A DNA stretch of 64,000 nt. It comes from a virus (lineage: Duplodnaviria > Caudoviricetes). Where the stretch lies: the IMG/VR virus record IMGVR_UViG_3300013382_000004. One strand, 5' to 3'. Of this stretch, positions 37,101-51,165 are shown piece after piece. The position numbers and the translations under genes were made by a program. Positions within the stretch are counted from its first letter, which is position 1, and each line of letters opens with the position of its first letter. The notes beneath the pieces are model-generated. The model had not been told where the DNA came from, did not search any database, and saw only the letters and a program-made list of their open reading frames with translations.

Positions 37101-40100
37101 CAACAAGGTCTTTGATTTGTTCATCTGTTAAATCAGACACATCTTCCAAAGCCTTTTGATATACTTCAATCTAGCTTTGTAATAACGAACTTCTACTTGC
37201 ATAATAGCTTTCAATATCAGAAATTCTAATCCACTCTTGAGGTTTGGAATCTTCAAGAAGTTGTAATTTATTAGAAAGTTCTTCAATTTGTGCAGAAGTC
37301 CTATTAACAACATATTCAACCTGACTATCAATCAAACCAAGATATTTTTCTTGGTCTTCACGATATCTTTGAGAATATTCACTATTACCAAGAGCAACAT
37401 AAGCACGGGCTTCAGCTTCACTCATGCCCTCGGTCATATAACCATAAACAGCTTGACTGAAATTAAATTGCATAGAAGCCTTGGTAGCTTCAATTTGCTT
37501 TTCAATTTCTGCGAGAGAAGCATTCATGGCATCATCGTAAGCTGTGCTATTACTCCATGCAGTTCCCTTTACATATTCAAGTTGCCTGTCAGTTAAATTT
37601 TGTTGCCACTCAGAAACTTCTTTACGCAAATCAATCTCATCTTGAAGCAAACTATTAAGGTCTTTCTGATTCTCAAGAAGTTCTTCATAAGTATCAGAAG
37701 TTTTGACTAATTGTTGCTTCATCAGAATCAAAGAATTAATAGATGCCCCATACAATTCAAGAATCTTATACTTATCCTCAACCTCTTCGTCATCAAGGTT
37801 ATTAATAGCTTTTTGATTCTCAATGTAATTCTTTTCAGCATCTAATCTCTCTTCTTCTGTGAGATTAGTATTTTGCATCATGCCTTCATAATAAGCTGCT
37901 AATTTTTCAAGACTTGCTCTCTTCTTCTCGAAGTACTTTGTATATCCAGTAGGAGTTAAAGTATCTTCATCAAATACCTTCATGGCTTCCCACTCTTTGT
38001 CAATAAGAGCATCATAGGCGTTAAGAAGGTCGAGAACTTTATCTTTGGTATCTTCAGCGGAACTGCCAGCTTCTTTAATGGGATTGGTATAATTCTTCTC
38101 AAACGAACCAGCCAAATCACCAGAATCAAGCATGTCTTGAATACTATAATATAAATGCTCTCTCATGGCAATGTTACCTTCATCATAATGAATGCTTCCG
38201 TCATCGTCAGTATGCGTCTTAAATTTTACATTATATCCCACTACTTTACCATCTTTATCCGTAGTAACAATTTCATCAAAGTCTCCGACTAAACTTCTCA
38301 ATTCAGCCTTAGTAGCTTCAATTTGTTGTTGTAATGCTTCGCTATTTCCAGATAAATCAATAGTCTTACTTTCTAATTGTGAAGTATCAATAGGTGTAAA
38401 CTTTATCTAGTCTACAGCTTTGACACTGCCTATGTCTACTACCTCACCATTTTGTGCCCTATTTAAGGTAGAAGCAGCCTATGCAGCGGTTAAATAAGCA
38501 TTGGATAAAGCAGCCAACGCCTCCATTTCGCTACCGTATGCATAAACTTTTGTTTTAGTAGATTCAACCAAAGCATCAGAAGCTTCAACATAAGTACCAG
38601 ACATCATTAATGTCTACAACTAACTCTTAAGTTGTGCAACTCTTAAATTATCTTCCTGAATTTGCGCTTGCAAACTAACAGCAATGGTTTGTAACCTAAC
38701 TCGGTTCATGATTTCTTCTGCATCGGTCTTTAATACAATTCTTTCATTTTCAATTTCAAGGGCATTAATGTAATCGGCATTAGTTGACAACAAATCTAAA
38801 GTAGTCTCAATACTTAATTGACCAGAAGAAGCCATTTCTGTACGAGCATCTGCAAGTTGGTCAAAAATACTCGAAACACTTTCAAAAGCCTCTTTCAATT
38901 CTGACCAAGATTTAATATAGCCGCTGGGCAACTCCATATCTGGGAAATATTGAGAAGACATGGTTTCTGCTATTTCTTTTCCCTAATCTAACACTGCTGA
39001 ATAAGCATTATCATAAACTGCTGTTAGCTAATCTGACAAACCGTTTTCATCAAGTTCTCCATTGTTAAGAGCATCTTGTACTTGCGCAATACTATTTCTA
39101 ACCGTTTCAGGGAAATCCGCAAAAGCTTCGTAAACATTGGTTGTGTAAGGGTCAAAATCATCGCTGTAAAAGAACTCTTTCAATCTATCATCTAATTCGC
39201 TCATTCCCTACATATCTTCTAAATACTTATTAAAAGCACCAGTTTTACCGGTAAGAGCTGTGGGGGCGTTCCTATCGGCCCATAACATAGAATCAATAAT
39301 ATTCTGGTTCGTGTTCATTCCATTAGAGAAATAACCTTCTGTACCCATCCAATTAAACACTTTGTTTGCTTCATCCACTGTTAGAGAATTCAAATAATCT
39401 TCTGTTACACCGTTGGGGTTTGTGCTAAAACCGTATTTTTCCTTAAACTTTTGAATGACGTTTTGGTCATCAACAATTTGCCCATCTACAATTTTAAAAC
39501 CCATTTGTAGCAAAATTGTAACCATATTTTCATCTTCTTCAATGTTAGGGAACGCTTTCTTAAGGTAATCCATTACCGCCTGTCTTGCTTTGTTAGCATC
39601 TTCTACTGTCATATTAGTATTAATCTTCTAATCAGCGGCTTCAATGAGCGTCTTAGCAGTGCCATCAGCCAAAAGCTGATTTACACTATTAATCATTTCT
39701 CTTACTTGAGTTTTATATTCTTCTGGGGTTAAAGCTACGCCATTCGCGTCTACCCCATCTATAGCGGCGATAGCGTCATCTAAAAGATTGGAAGTCGTTG
39801 TGTCAACATCATCGTAAGCACCCATTATTCTTGCGTAAGCCTGACCCGATTCTGCTAATGTTTGCTTTGTAGAAGCAACAGTCTTATCATATGCAGCCAC
39901 AGCCGCCTCGACGCTCGCATCCGCAGCTTTTATGTCTCCCGTCGCTTGAGAAATTCGAGTTTCCAAAGTAGCTATTTCATTTTCTATTGCTGCAACAGAA
40001 TCTTCTCCCAACACATCGACAAAAGAATTATAATCTCTTTGAGCTGCATCCAATTCATATAATGCCTAACTATATTCCACAGCTACGGTAGCATCTCCTG

Positions 40101-43100
40101 CATTCTTCCTGCTTTGTAAATTGTTGACTTTTTTTTGGGCAGCGTTTATGCGATTTCTTTTTTCTTCTAACGTCTTATTATCAGGGTCATTTGCAGCCGC
40201 TTCTTTAGCCGCTTTCAAACGAGCTTCTGCATCAGCTTTTTGTCTTTCAAGCGCGGCAATATCGGTTTTATTTGCTTTTGTCTGTTCTTTTTGTGCTTCC
40301 TTAATAGCGTCAGAAGCAGCCTTTTGCTCTTCAGCCACGGTATTAAGAGTATCCTTTAACACTCTTTCACCATCTTCGCCAGAAGTAAGTTGCAAATCAG
40401 CAAGATGCTGTAAATCGCCAATTAAGCCCTTTACTTTATCGGAAGTGGATTCCATAGCATTGCCCATATCAGCAATAGCATTACCATTTTCATCCGTTCT
40501 TACTTTTAATTCTGGGAATGCCTCCACAAGTTGATTGCTGTATTCTAAGAATTTCTCATAATCTTCATCAGTAAGTGTAACATTTCTACCCAAAGAATCT
40601 ACTCCCTTAGATAATTCATCGTATTTTTTAGCCACAACACTTAAAGATTTTACATTATTTAATTCTTCCGCTGTTTCTTTAAAAGCTTTTTTAGCTCTTT
40701 CTGTTGCTTCTTGTTCTCCCTTTTTAATCACCGCTATTACGGTTGCGAAAATAAGTGTGCCAAGTGCAGCAATAGGGGCAATAGCAGAACCTAGAATTGC
40801 TCCTATCGTTGCTTTACTGGCAAGACCTTTTGCTATAGCAGAAACAATACCATTAAGTGCATAACTTCCTGCTACTCCACCAAACATTGTACCCCAAGAC
40901 TAAGCTGCATCGCTATCAAAAAGATATTTTCCTATCATATTACCAGCAAACGCGCCACCCATTCCACCTCCGAGAGATGCTGCGCCCTTTGCCGCAGCGA
41001 GGGTGGGGGATAGTTGCTGATACTACTCCATACCACTTATTATAGTTTTGCCAGCAGTGGTGTTACGCATTCTAGCTAATTGTTCAGTAGCAATAATTAA
41101 CTTTTCTTCGGCTGTTAAAGCTCGCGTCCCATTAGTTAACTCTTGCGTTCTTTGCCTTAGTTCTTGTTGGTCCATAGTAGCTAGCATTGAATCAACCCAA
41201 AGATTATTTTGTCCTTGCAATAGCTATTGCAACTTAAGAGCTACTTGGTCTTCTGTTATTGAGGTATCCTGCATAGTTGCAATAATATTTTTCATTAACT
41301 CTCTCTCGTAACTAAGCAAACCATTCTGCACGGGAATTAAGCCATTTATCATAGTTTGCCTTGCTGTATCGCTAAGAGTATCAATGCTATTTATAGTATT
41401 TGTCAAACTAGCGGCAAGATTTTGCTTCATCGAGGACGAGAAAACGGCTTCGGCATTATCTTTTAAGTTTTTCCCCAGAAGCGCCATTCCACCTTGTTTA
41501 AAATATCCATTAAAATTAATCTGCATCCTGTTCATAGCCAAAGTAACGCTAGTTAGAGAAGAAATAAATCCTCTATAAACTTTTTGCAAGGCGGAGCCTA
41601 CGCCTACAGAATTTAATAAAGCTGTAGTAGTCGCAATCGCAGCTATCCAACTAACCAAATTATCAGCAGCTTCTGCTACCAAATTATAAAAGAAAATTAA
41701 GGTGTCAGATTGACCTAGAGCCAAAACCCATTTTTCAAGAGCCACTGTCATACGAGTTTTAGCCGCTTCTACACTTTCTGTATAAGATTCCATTTTCTAA
41801 ATAGCTGTACCATAAGCAGTAGCAGCAATTTCCTCGTATTGTTCTACCGCATTCCAGTTTTCAAAAATGGTAAGCACATTTTCACGTTGTCTTGTTCCAG
41901 CAAGGGCAGTAGCTATACCAGATTTCTGTACGTCAGTATAGGTATTCCATTTGTCGGCAATTTCATCCATTACATCATCAAATTCTCTAAAGTTCGCCAC
42001 ACTGTCGCGAATTTTAATTCCTAAAGCTCCAAGGGCTGTCTCGACATCATTTAGGTTTGCCCAGTCCTCTTCATTATAATTTTCGCTTTCTATATCGGAT
42101 TGTGCCGCTGCAAATTTGCCAGCAGCCGCATTTTGGTAGCGTGAATATACCGTTTTCATCGTTTCTGTTACTTTTATGACCTGCAAAAAAACAGGCGGAG
42201 AAGGTTCTTCTTTAAAGTGTCTTTACACTTGACCCTCCCTCTCACGTTTCATTGCTAGATTATTGCGTGAGACCAGACTTTCGCTTCTTCATCGAAATGA
42301 AGTTTTTTCGTTAAGTCGTTCAGGCTGTTAAATATTATTTAACTTGCCCCTTGTTATCCTTCTCAGGACTTCCAAGCCAATTAGAAAAAATTTTGCTTAA
42401 GAGGATTATGTATTATCCCTCTTTGAGAGCTAGAAATTAACTCTCACCAACCGATGCAGCGCTCTTCTGTGTAACATCGGTAATAGTTGTTAAATATCCG
42501 ATATATCTATCTAAAGTACTTCCAGCCATTTGTGCAGAATTACTTGCGCGGGACATTGCCTCAGCTAAATCACCAGCACTTATAGCAGCCTGCATATCAA
42601 CAGCGGTCAATTTATCAACAACTCCCTATACATCATTAGCTTCCAATTTCCACCCCTTAAGCACACTAATTAAATAACTAGTAGCATCAGCGCTATTAAT
42701 CATACCAAGAGTGCTTAATTCCATAGAAGCCTCTGTTAATTGAGCCGCCTATTGCCCACTATAACCAGCACGAAGCCAATCGTTAGCAGCTTCAGCAACT
42801 TCTTGAGTGGTTTTTCCTATTTCCATAGCTAAGTCGTTAAACTCAGACATCATTCCTTTTAATTCTTTTCTTGTATAGCCAGAAGCAATTTGCAAATCTA
42901 CCATCTTCTAGTCTAATTGTTCAACTGAATTTATAAAAGAACTAAACAGCTATTGAAGTTGTTGGAATGAAAATACTTGCATAATTGCGTATCCAATTTC
43001 TTGGAAGCTTTGCTTGAAGTTGTCTTTAAGTTGCGTTAAAAATCCTTTTGTCTAATTAACAGAAGCTCCCATCTTATCCATCTCTAACTAATTGTTATTA

Positions 43101-46100
43101 AGAATTTCGGTTCTTTTTTGCTCTAATTTGTTGATTTGTTCTTCTGTTAATTCCATGTCATTTAAAGTTCTCTTTTGTGCATCATATTTGTACTGATTAG
43201 CCAAACTTTGCTTCTATGCTTCCAGTGAATTAATAAACGACTAATTTTCAATAGCGGCATTTCCTGTCAAAGACTATCCTTTGTTTCTGGCTCTTGCAAT
43301 TTCTCTATCAAGTTTTCCTTGCTCTTCTAAATTTCTAAAATAACCCTGCATTGCCTCTTGCAAATTAGGATTATTATTTTGAGCTGATTGAGAATATTTA
43401 GTATCAATATTAGCAGATGTTCTTGCTGCTTCATTAGTTGCTTTTCTTAAATTGTTGAGATTTTCTTTTTTTTCGTTCTCGGTTAAATACGTTGCTTCTG
43501 TGATTTCTTTTTCTAGAGTTTTTTCATCAACAATTTGTCCATTTATAGTTAAAATCTATTGAAGTTGTTCAATTTGCTTTTGCAGCTACGCACTTTCTTC
43601 TTGTTGACGGGCTTGTTTTTCTCCTGTTAAACCACCCACCTTTAAATTGGACTCTTTTAATTTATTCTACAAACTAAGCAACTCTTTATAGTTGTCCATT
43701 TGCAACTTCAAATCTCTGGTTTGAGATGCATTTGTAGCTGTTGTAGTACCCGAACTATTCTTAGCAGCCCTTACATTACTTTTACTATTAATTCTATTTA
43801 TTTTTGCCTATAAATCTTCATTTCCCTTATCAGATAAAAGAGTTTTACCAATAGCAAAATTACCGTCCACGTCCGAGATAGTCAAACCTCTTTCAGACAT
43901 TACATCTCTTTGAGCTTTTATAGCTTCATTTTGTTTGTCAATTTGTTTCTGCAAAGCCACAGCTTCATCTTGTGTAAAATTGACACCGTTCTAAGCCAAG
44001 ACATTTTTTTGCTCTTCTAGATTTTTTAGTTCTGTTTGTAAAGTAACTAATTTCTAATACTCTCCAACATAAGCATTGATAACAGCCTATTCTCTCTTAT
44101 CCACTCCTCCATTTTCATTGGGAGCATAAGAAACAAAACTGTTATCAACAGGCTTTTCAGACAATGGTTGCTGCGAATGCCCAAAATATCTGCCTGTTTT
44201 CATTTCTCTATTCATTAAAGAAATTTGCTCGTCTTTAGTTAAAGGTTCAGCATTACCATCTATAATATCATTAGCTCTAACAAGAAGGTCATAAAACTCT
44301 TCTTCACTTAAAGCCATATGCTTAATCAGTTGTGTGAAGCCATCTTTTACGTCTGCAATATACAAAGAAAAATCTTTATCGGTGCTTATGTCACTATCTT
44401 GATACAACTACTGGAACTTGGGATTTTGAGCATTGGCTAAAATTCCGTATAATTGACCAGCAAGCTGAAAACTTTCTGTACCGTAAGTTTTACCAGTCTT
44501 GGTATCTAAGATATAATTAGAGCCATCTTCACCCTTAGCTATTTGGTCAGGAGTAAAAGAATAATCAAATTTTCCTTTTGGTCCATTAAAAGTAGCCGCC
44601 ATGGGCGTTTCACAAAAAGGAGTCAACAATACATGAGCATTGTCTAAAGCTTGAGTGTAGCTCTAAACAGCTTGATTTAGTAGTTCGCTTGCATTATCCA
44701 CCCCAAGTTTAGAAAGTAGCTCAGACTTTTCTCTTAATACTCTTGCGTATTGTTCTTGAGCATCAACAACTTCGGTTTCGCCATTCCACTTAACTTCAAC
44801 TTGTTTCCGTGCGAAACCGCTAACATCACTTGCGCCTGTTTTACTTAAAAGGTCTATAACTTCATGCTCTAAATTTCCCTTCTCTCTACTTATAACAGCA
44901 TTTTTCTTTTTTGCAAAATCTTGAGCTGTCATTCCAACATCTTCAGCCGTCAACTGCTTTCCTTTAGGAATGGCCGCTATAGCATTCATAAAGGCTTTTT
45001 CGTCATTCGAAGCAGATTCAGAAGGAGTAAGTCCTTTTAACGCGCCGCCAAGTTGAGTTAAGCTTCTTAACTTTCTACCTTCGGTATCGGTATAGGTATG
45101 TGTGGTATCATCATAAGATTTTAAATCTTTATATTCATACGTAACACCTTGCTAAGTTTCGGCATTTTTCGCACTTTCTCCTGTTTGCTCAAAAGCTTCT
45201 TCTTCTTTGGCAAGTTGTTTTACTAAATCTTTAGAAACAAGGACTTTTTGTTTTTCCGCTTCAGCAGCAGATAAAACTTCTGTTTCATGTTCCTCTAAAG
45301 CTGCGTTTACATTTTCTACTGCCTATTCCTCTTTAGCAAGCTCTGTAGAAGCATCACCCGTTTTATTCTAAACATCAGTATTAGCAACACTATTAGCACC
45401 TGTTTTTGAATCAATATTCGCAGTACTATTATCAACTGCTGTAGTTGCCTATTGAGTATCCTGTGTAATATCTTGTTTAATTTTTTCAGAAGTATCAGAC
45501 ACTTGTTGTTCAGCTTGTTCTGCATAGGTTACTAACTGTCCAAGTAACCCTTCTAAAGTATATTTTACTTTACTTCCATCTTCTAACAAAGCTTCTACAA
45601 TTTGATTTTTACCCTGTCCCGTAATATCGGTAATTTTTCCTCCAAAAGTCCGCCTAATAGAATTTTTAGCGCTAAAAGAAGCACCTTTAGAAAGACCGGT
45701 CTATTTTAAACTTTCTCTTAAATTTTGGACTCTCTCAATCTCTGGGTCTACAGGAGTTTCGGCTGGGGTGTTAAAATCATCTACGTCAGTCTTTTTTTTA
45801 CTGCTATAGACTACCGGAGTTTGTGACAACATAAGTTCATCCCAGTTCTTATAGTGATAGTCTATTTCAGCTTGAATTTCTTGAATTCTTTTTAAATTTT
45901 TATTTTTACCTGCTTCACTTTTTGGATTGGCTACTAAAGCTTTTACTCTCTCTAATTCTTTTTTCTTTTTTTCTAGAATACTTTTAGCTATGTCAGCATT
46001 TTCTTGAGGTGTATTACCGCCATAAATATTACCTGTTAATCCTGCCTTATTTTCTAAATTGGTAACTAAAGCGGGAGAGGGATTATCTGTAATTTCTTCC

Positions 46101-48679
46101 CAGTTAACGTCTTGTCCAGTAATTCCTTCTTTGGCATAATAAACGCCATTTATCCCCTAATTAGGATTAATTGTTGTTCCGCCAACACGATAGTCTACAA
46201 TATCTTCCACCCACCGTTTTGCCGAAGCAGTAGCTCTAACTTCTTCCCCATCAATATTTTTAACTCTAGAAATTGTACCATTTAAATGTTCATAAGCCTT
46301 AGCGAGAACAGTTACAAATTTGTTAACCCCTTCTTCACTTTGCCCTACTACAGAAAAGAAAGCAGCTAATTTATCGCCAACACTGTCAGACTCAACCGAA
46401 TCATAGCGGTCTTTTGCCGCTTTACTTTCATTGTACTTCTACTCAATTTCAGGATTTTCTTTAAAGAAGTTTTTTCTAAACTTTTCTTCTTTTATTGGTT
46501 TCAACCCCTGTGCCGCTCTTGATTCATTAAGAGAAGTTAAGTTGTGAGAAAGAGAAGCATCCAAGGCTTCTGGATAAGCATAAATTTTAGAAATAGAATT
46601 GGCAATAGTATTTGGGTCCATTTCTTTGAACCGTGTATTACCCTCGGCCACCTTGCGCAAAGAACCCGCTAATTCTCCTTGATTAATTTCATCTAGAATA
46701 TCTGCAAGCCAATAAATCCTTTCAGTAGCTTTAGTTATAGCAGCGGTTCCATTACTTTCTGTTTGATTATATGCTATTGCAGATTGTAAACGCTAAAATC
46801 CCTCATCAAGCCGACCAGCTTGTTTTCGTCTCTGTTCTTCTAGATGCGCTTGATATTTAGCACTCGACTGCCCTGAAACAGCAGCCTCCATGGTTTCGTT
46901 GCCTTCTTCATCTCTATAAGTGATAGGGGCATTTAAAGACTATTTAGATATAACCTCTTCCATTTGTTGTTTCGAGTCTATATCTATATTTGTTGTTGAT
47001 AATATTTGTTCTGCTAAAGCAAGAACGGCATCTTTTAACTAATCACTGCTTCCTGACAAACTGCTTAAGAAATCTTTAATACCAACCTGTAAAACATTTC
47101 CGTTTTTATCATAAGTGGTTTCTTTACTGCCTTTTATAGACTCCCAAGTTTCATCCTTGTGCTTCTAATCAATAACGCTCTTTTGTTTATTAGAAATCTA
47201 ATCTCTTCTGGTTTGTTTGTCATCAGTTCTGTCTGTTTTATCGGGAGTCGGAGCTTCTGGGAGGTCACCAATATCTCCTCTTTGCATTTTAGAAGCTTTC
47301 CCCCGTAAACCCACTAAATTTCTTACAGTCGAAGCAAGTTCACTATCTCTATTAAAGAAACCACCCACAGAAGTTTCTTCAGCATCTAAAGCGGTAACTC
47401 CACCTTTCATATTTGTTAAACTATCTTCAAATAAAGTTTTAACATCTTTCGAAGAAGTGTTTGCATAAGCGTCTTTAATAACTTGCGGAATTAAAGAGAT
47501 AAGAGACTCAATTTTTTGATATTCTTCTCCGCCCGCCTATCCTGACGCAGACAATTCTTGAGCTTTAGTTGTTAAAGTTAAGAAGGCTTTTTCCAAACCA
47601 GTAAAAGTTTTATTTCTTAAATCTCCAACTCCGCCCACATTTTCACTGTTAGCCAAACGAGGGTCGTACACCCTTACCGATTTTTTTAATCCTCCCTCAG
47701 CATTTGAAGCAGAAACATATTCTCCTTCTTTAGTGATAAAAGGGGCGAAAGCAGAAGCTCTCAACACAGAAGTGTTTGTTCCTTTTACAACATTCCCTTT
47801 CGCATCAACATATTGCCCTTCAGCATTTTTTTCAAAACCTTCTTGAAAACCTCTGACCTTTATTTTCTTCCGCCATCCATTCGAGCCAGCTAAAGTCTTT
47901 TCTTTTCCAGCGTAAGTTTGTTCAACATAATTTCGCACATCTTTCTCAATCTGTGGAAGAATGTTTTTATATTCTTCATCAGACATGCTTGATTTTTTTT
48001 GAGACTGTGCTATTTGACGCATTATATCTTTAAAAAGAGCGGCCTTCTCTTTTGACTTTTTATCTTGCGGTTCTTTTAGCCCCTCTTGAGCTGTAGCCAA
48101 CTTTTGAGATAAATCTGACTATTCTTTATTGTATTGCTCTTCTGATATTCCTCTAGCAGCAATAGTCATTGCTTTATAATCCGGCTTACTACTTGCTTTC
48201 CGCGAAGAAGCTACTTTAGATTCTTGTTTCTGTTTTATCTTTTCAGCAGTGACAATTGCTGGCTAAAATTCTGTTATCTATTTAGAATATTGACTTACTA
48301 AAGTGTCTAAAGACTTAAGGAAATCTATACGTTTGCTTATATAAGAACCGATAGTTCCCAAAGATTCGTTACCAGAAGCTATTGCTCCCATGTCACCAAT
48401 CATTGATTTAGCCTTATCCCTCTGTGAAGATAAAGCACCCCTTTTTTCTTGCATCTACTGTACTGAAGCGGTGGTATGAGATTTAACATATTCATCTCTT
48501 GCCGCAAATTTTTCCGACATAGATAAATTTTTCCCTTTTATACTTTTTTCAAACCGCTTGTTCATTTTTTCAGTGGCCTTTAATAATTGCTAATCTATTT
48601 TTTCAATTTCACTGTCTAAAACTTGTACACTTTTATCCAAACCAAGTTTAATATCAACTTCAAATTGATTCTGTGCCAT
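34192..48679 (-). CDS. Tape measure protein, ~4,317 aa; exons 48679-42440, 42159-36817, 35562-34192; TAG=Gln
   Basis: All long track fragments fall in the expected frame of each exon; TMP core (KTTQEVAEAANDWLRAG, LTAVDMQAAIS, LAGTRQRE), coiled coils, C-terminal YASG...LHGTPSKPEYVLN. Confidence 0.88.
35563..36816 (-). mobile_element. Group I intron in the tape measure gene (with endonuclease ORF)
   Basis: GGT|...G|ATA junction restores RVYREG|IGWVYE; GAACGACTGT / TACAGTCT pairing. Confidence 0.85.
35728..36705 (-). CDS. Intron-encoded Zn-knuckle/Vsr-like (PD-(D/E)xK-type) homing endonuclease, 325 aa
   Basis: CPEC, CKVCG, SIGE, LPFDFY, IEY[TAG]GEQHY, RDKIK..YC, LLEI. Confidence 0.82.
42160..42439 (-). 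mobile_element. ORF-less group I intron (280 nt) in the tape measure gene
   Basis: AGT|TAA...G|ATG junction restores SVGES|MKTVYSR; GAACGACTT / AAAGTCT; 3' end similar to the other TMP intron. Confidence 0.85.
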
Positions 48680-48692
48680 TTATTTTCCTCCT

Positions 48693-49334
48693 TTACCCTA
48701 ACTTTATGCCATATTTTTTCAGAATACGAGGTTTTATTAAAGTATTAAAACGTTTTTCATATTCTTGCTAACTTCTCTGATAAGCTATTTTATAAGTTTC
48801 TTCCAATGGAGACAAACTTAAATTATTTCTATTATTATTGGCTCTTGTCATATTCCAAAAATCAAAAACCATTTCTTGAACTTCTTCCCACTAGTCTAAA
48901 GAACTCATATTAGAATATTCCTCAACAAAAGTTGCTTCATCAAAAAGTGATGTCGCTATATCAAACGCAATATCCGTATCTCCAAATTGTTTTATAGTAG
49001 ATTCGCGCACAGCATTTTTATTAAAAGCTCTTTTTTCTTTTTCAATAGGCTTTAAAAATTTGAATTTGTTTTTGTCGTAAATTAAATCTGGCTATATCTT
49101 TTTAGTAGTATTTATAAAAGTTAATGAATCCATAAGACTTTCTTTGTCATAATTTTCTCCATAATAGTTATCAAAAACACTTTCAAAAACTTTTTTTACT
49201 AAAACGGTATAATCAAAATTAATTTCGCTTTTAATTGCCGCCGTCTTTTGTGGCAATTGTTTTTCTATTGCTTTCACAATTTCATTACAAGCATTTTCAA
49301 AGGCTTTTGAAACTGTGTTTGATAGTTCACTCAT
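48693..49334 (-). CDS. Hypothetical protein upstream of TMP (213 aa, TAG=Gln)
   Basis: Frame stays open through three TAGs to TAA48693. Confidence 0.65.
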
Positions 49335-49437
49335 ATACTTATCCTTTCTTTATATTAGCAAAGAGGGGAAAATTCCCCTCTTTAGATATATATGCATTTA
49401 TAGCTTTAAAGCTGTAAGCACAGCTTAATTACTTTTC

Positions 49438-50145
49438 TTAATTTACCTTCTTATTGGACCTAACAGCATAAAGCTGTGTGAGTTTATTTATTGTTTCCAT
49501 TGCTTTATCATTATTTTGAGATTTTTCCAAAGCCTCATAAAGCTCCCTAATTTCTTTAAGAGTATCTTTGTCATTTTTCATTTTTTCTAGTAGTTCTTCA
49601 TTCTTCTTTGCAGATTCAGCAAGTGACTGATAATCAATATTATTTAACAAACTATCTAAATCTTTCATGGCATAAATATTCAAAGACTCTCGAATCATTT
49701 CTTTCATCTCATTATAATCTTTCTCGCAATACTATAAAATGAAAGGAGCAAAAATTGGATAAAGTAAATCGTAACTTTGATAAGTTTGCAAATCTTTATT
49801 AGAAACATCAATCATCGCATACTCACCAAGAAGAACATTAAAAAACATATTCTTTTTTAAAGAAACAACTCTAATTTCTTCCATCTCAACATCTTGATTA
49901 TTCATATCAAAAATAAGAGTCATCATTGCTCTCATTTTTTCAAGAATTGGAAGATAAGTGCGAATTATTAATTTATTGCCCAATTTGTTTAACTCTTCTT
50001 CTTTAATTTTATCAGAAACAATTTTAGAAGCGTTGTAAATTAACTCTTCCAGAGTAATTTTTTCAACTTTTTCCTCGTTTTTCTGTTCGTTTTCGGTCAA
50101 TTCGACCTGTTTTTCACCAGATAAAAGTTTGTTTTCATCTGCCAT
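49438..50145 (-). CDS. Probable tail assembly chaperone-like protein (235 aa, one TAG)
   Basis: Track ORFs 49732-50145 and 49438-49707 are one frame separated by a TAG; TYLPILEK motif; position before TMP. Confidence 0.55.
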
Positions 50146-50169
50146 TTTTATTCTCTCCTTTTAAACCTT

Positions 50170-51165
50170 TTAAAGTGTAATACCAAATAATTCTTCGATA
50201 TCTTTGTTCTCATCCTAATTGGAATATTTTAATGTTGTGTCGGAATTTTCATGGTGAGCTAAAATTTTAACTTTTTCAAGAGGAACGGCACCCAATTCAA
50301 GCTCTCTGCATAAATAATGAGTACCTTTTAATAAATTATCTATGTAACAATGTCTTAGTGAATGGCAAGTAAGTCCTTTGTAGTCCTCTCCTGTCATTTC
50401 TGTTAATTCATCTCCCCACTATTTAATCCAGTCATATATATTATTGGCTGTTGCTGGACGCCCTTCTGCATTAATAAATAAAGCTTCATTATTATCTGTT
50501 CTTGTAGCTTCGTACTTTTTAAAAGCTTCTTTTGTTCTTGAAAAATAAATCACTTTAAATTTTTTAGAGCGCTTACCAACAACTACAGTATCAGTACAAT
50601 TCTTATCATCAGCTATGTCAGTTCGTTTCACTTGTAAAACCTCATTTCGTCTTACGCCAGAATCGTACAAAATTCCCAACAAAGTTGCCTCTTTGTATCT
50701 TTCTTCTTTCATTAGTTTATCATACAACATTTTTATATGCTCATCTGAAACAAAAGTAATTTCTCTTACAGGATTTTTAGGAACACCCTTTATCTTTTCA
50801 CTAGCATTTCTATCATAATCCTCATATAAATCATCATCATCTGAAGCCATTTCTAACATCATATGAACAGCAGAAAGCATTCTATTACAACGAGCAGCAC
50901 TTAAATTCCACTCATCCTAACAATAAATCATAAATCTACGGAAATCTCTTTTATTTAAATCTAAAAAAGATTGATTATCGCAATTTTCCAAAACCCAAAT
51001 TGCCACTCTACGCAAATCCGCAAAATACTATTTTTGAGTGCCTTCTGACCTACGCTTTGCCTTACATTCTGTAATAAAATCGGTTATTAATTCTTTGTTT
51101 TCCTTGTTTACTTGCTCCCATTTTTCAGGCGTGTAAATTTTATTATAAGGCTGTTTATATGCCAT
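50170..51165 (-). CDS. Tyrosine recombinase/integrase (331 aa, TAG=Gln)
   Basis: SGVRRNE (R), GKRSK (K), HSLRH, HH, TTLKY catalytic motifs joined by TAG readthrough. Confidence 0.88.

Noticed and set aside
27698-50880. Apparent mass pseudogenisation (decayed prophage) suggested by the fragmented ORF track
   Set aside because: Breaks are almost all TAG and fragments stay in frame; explained by TAG->Gln and introns
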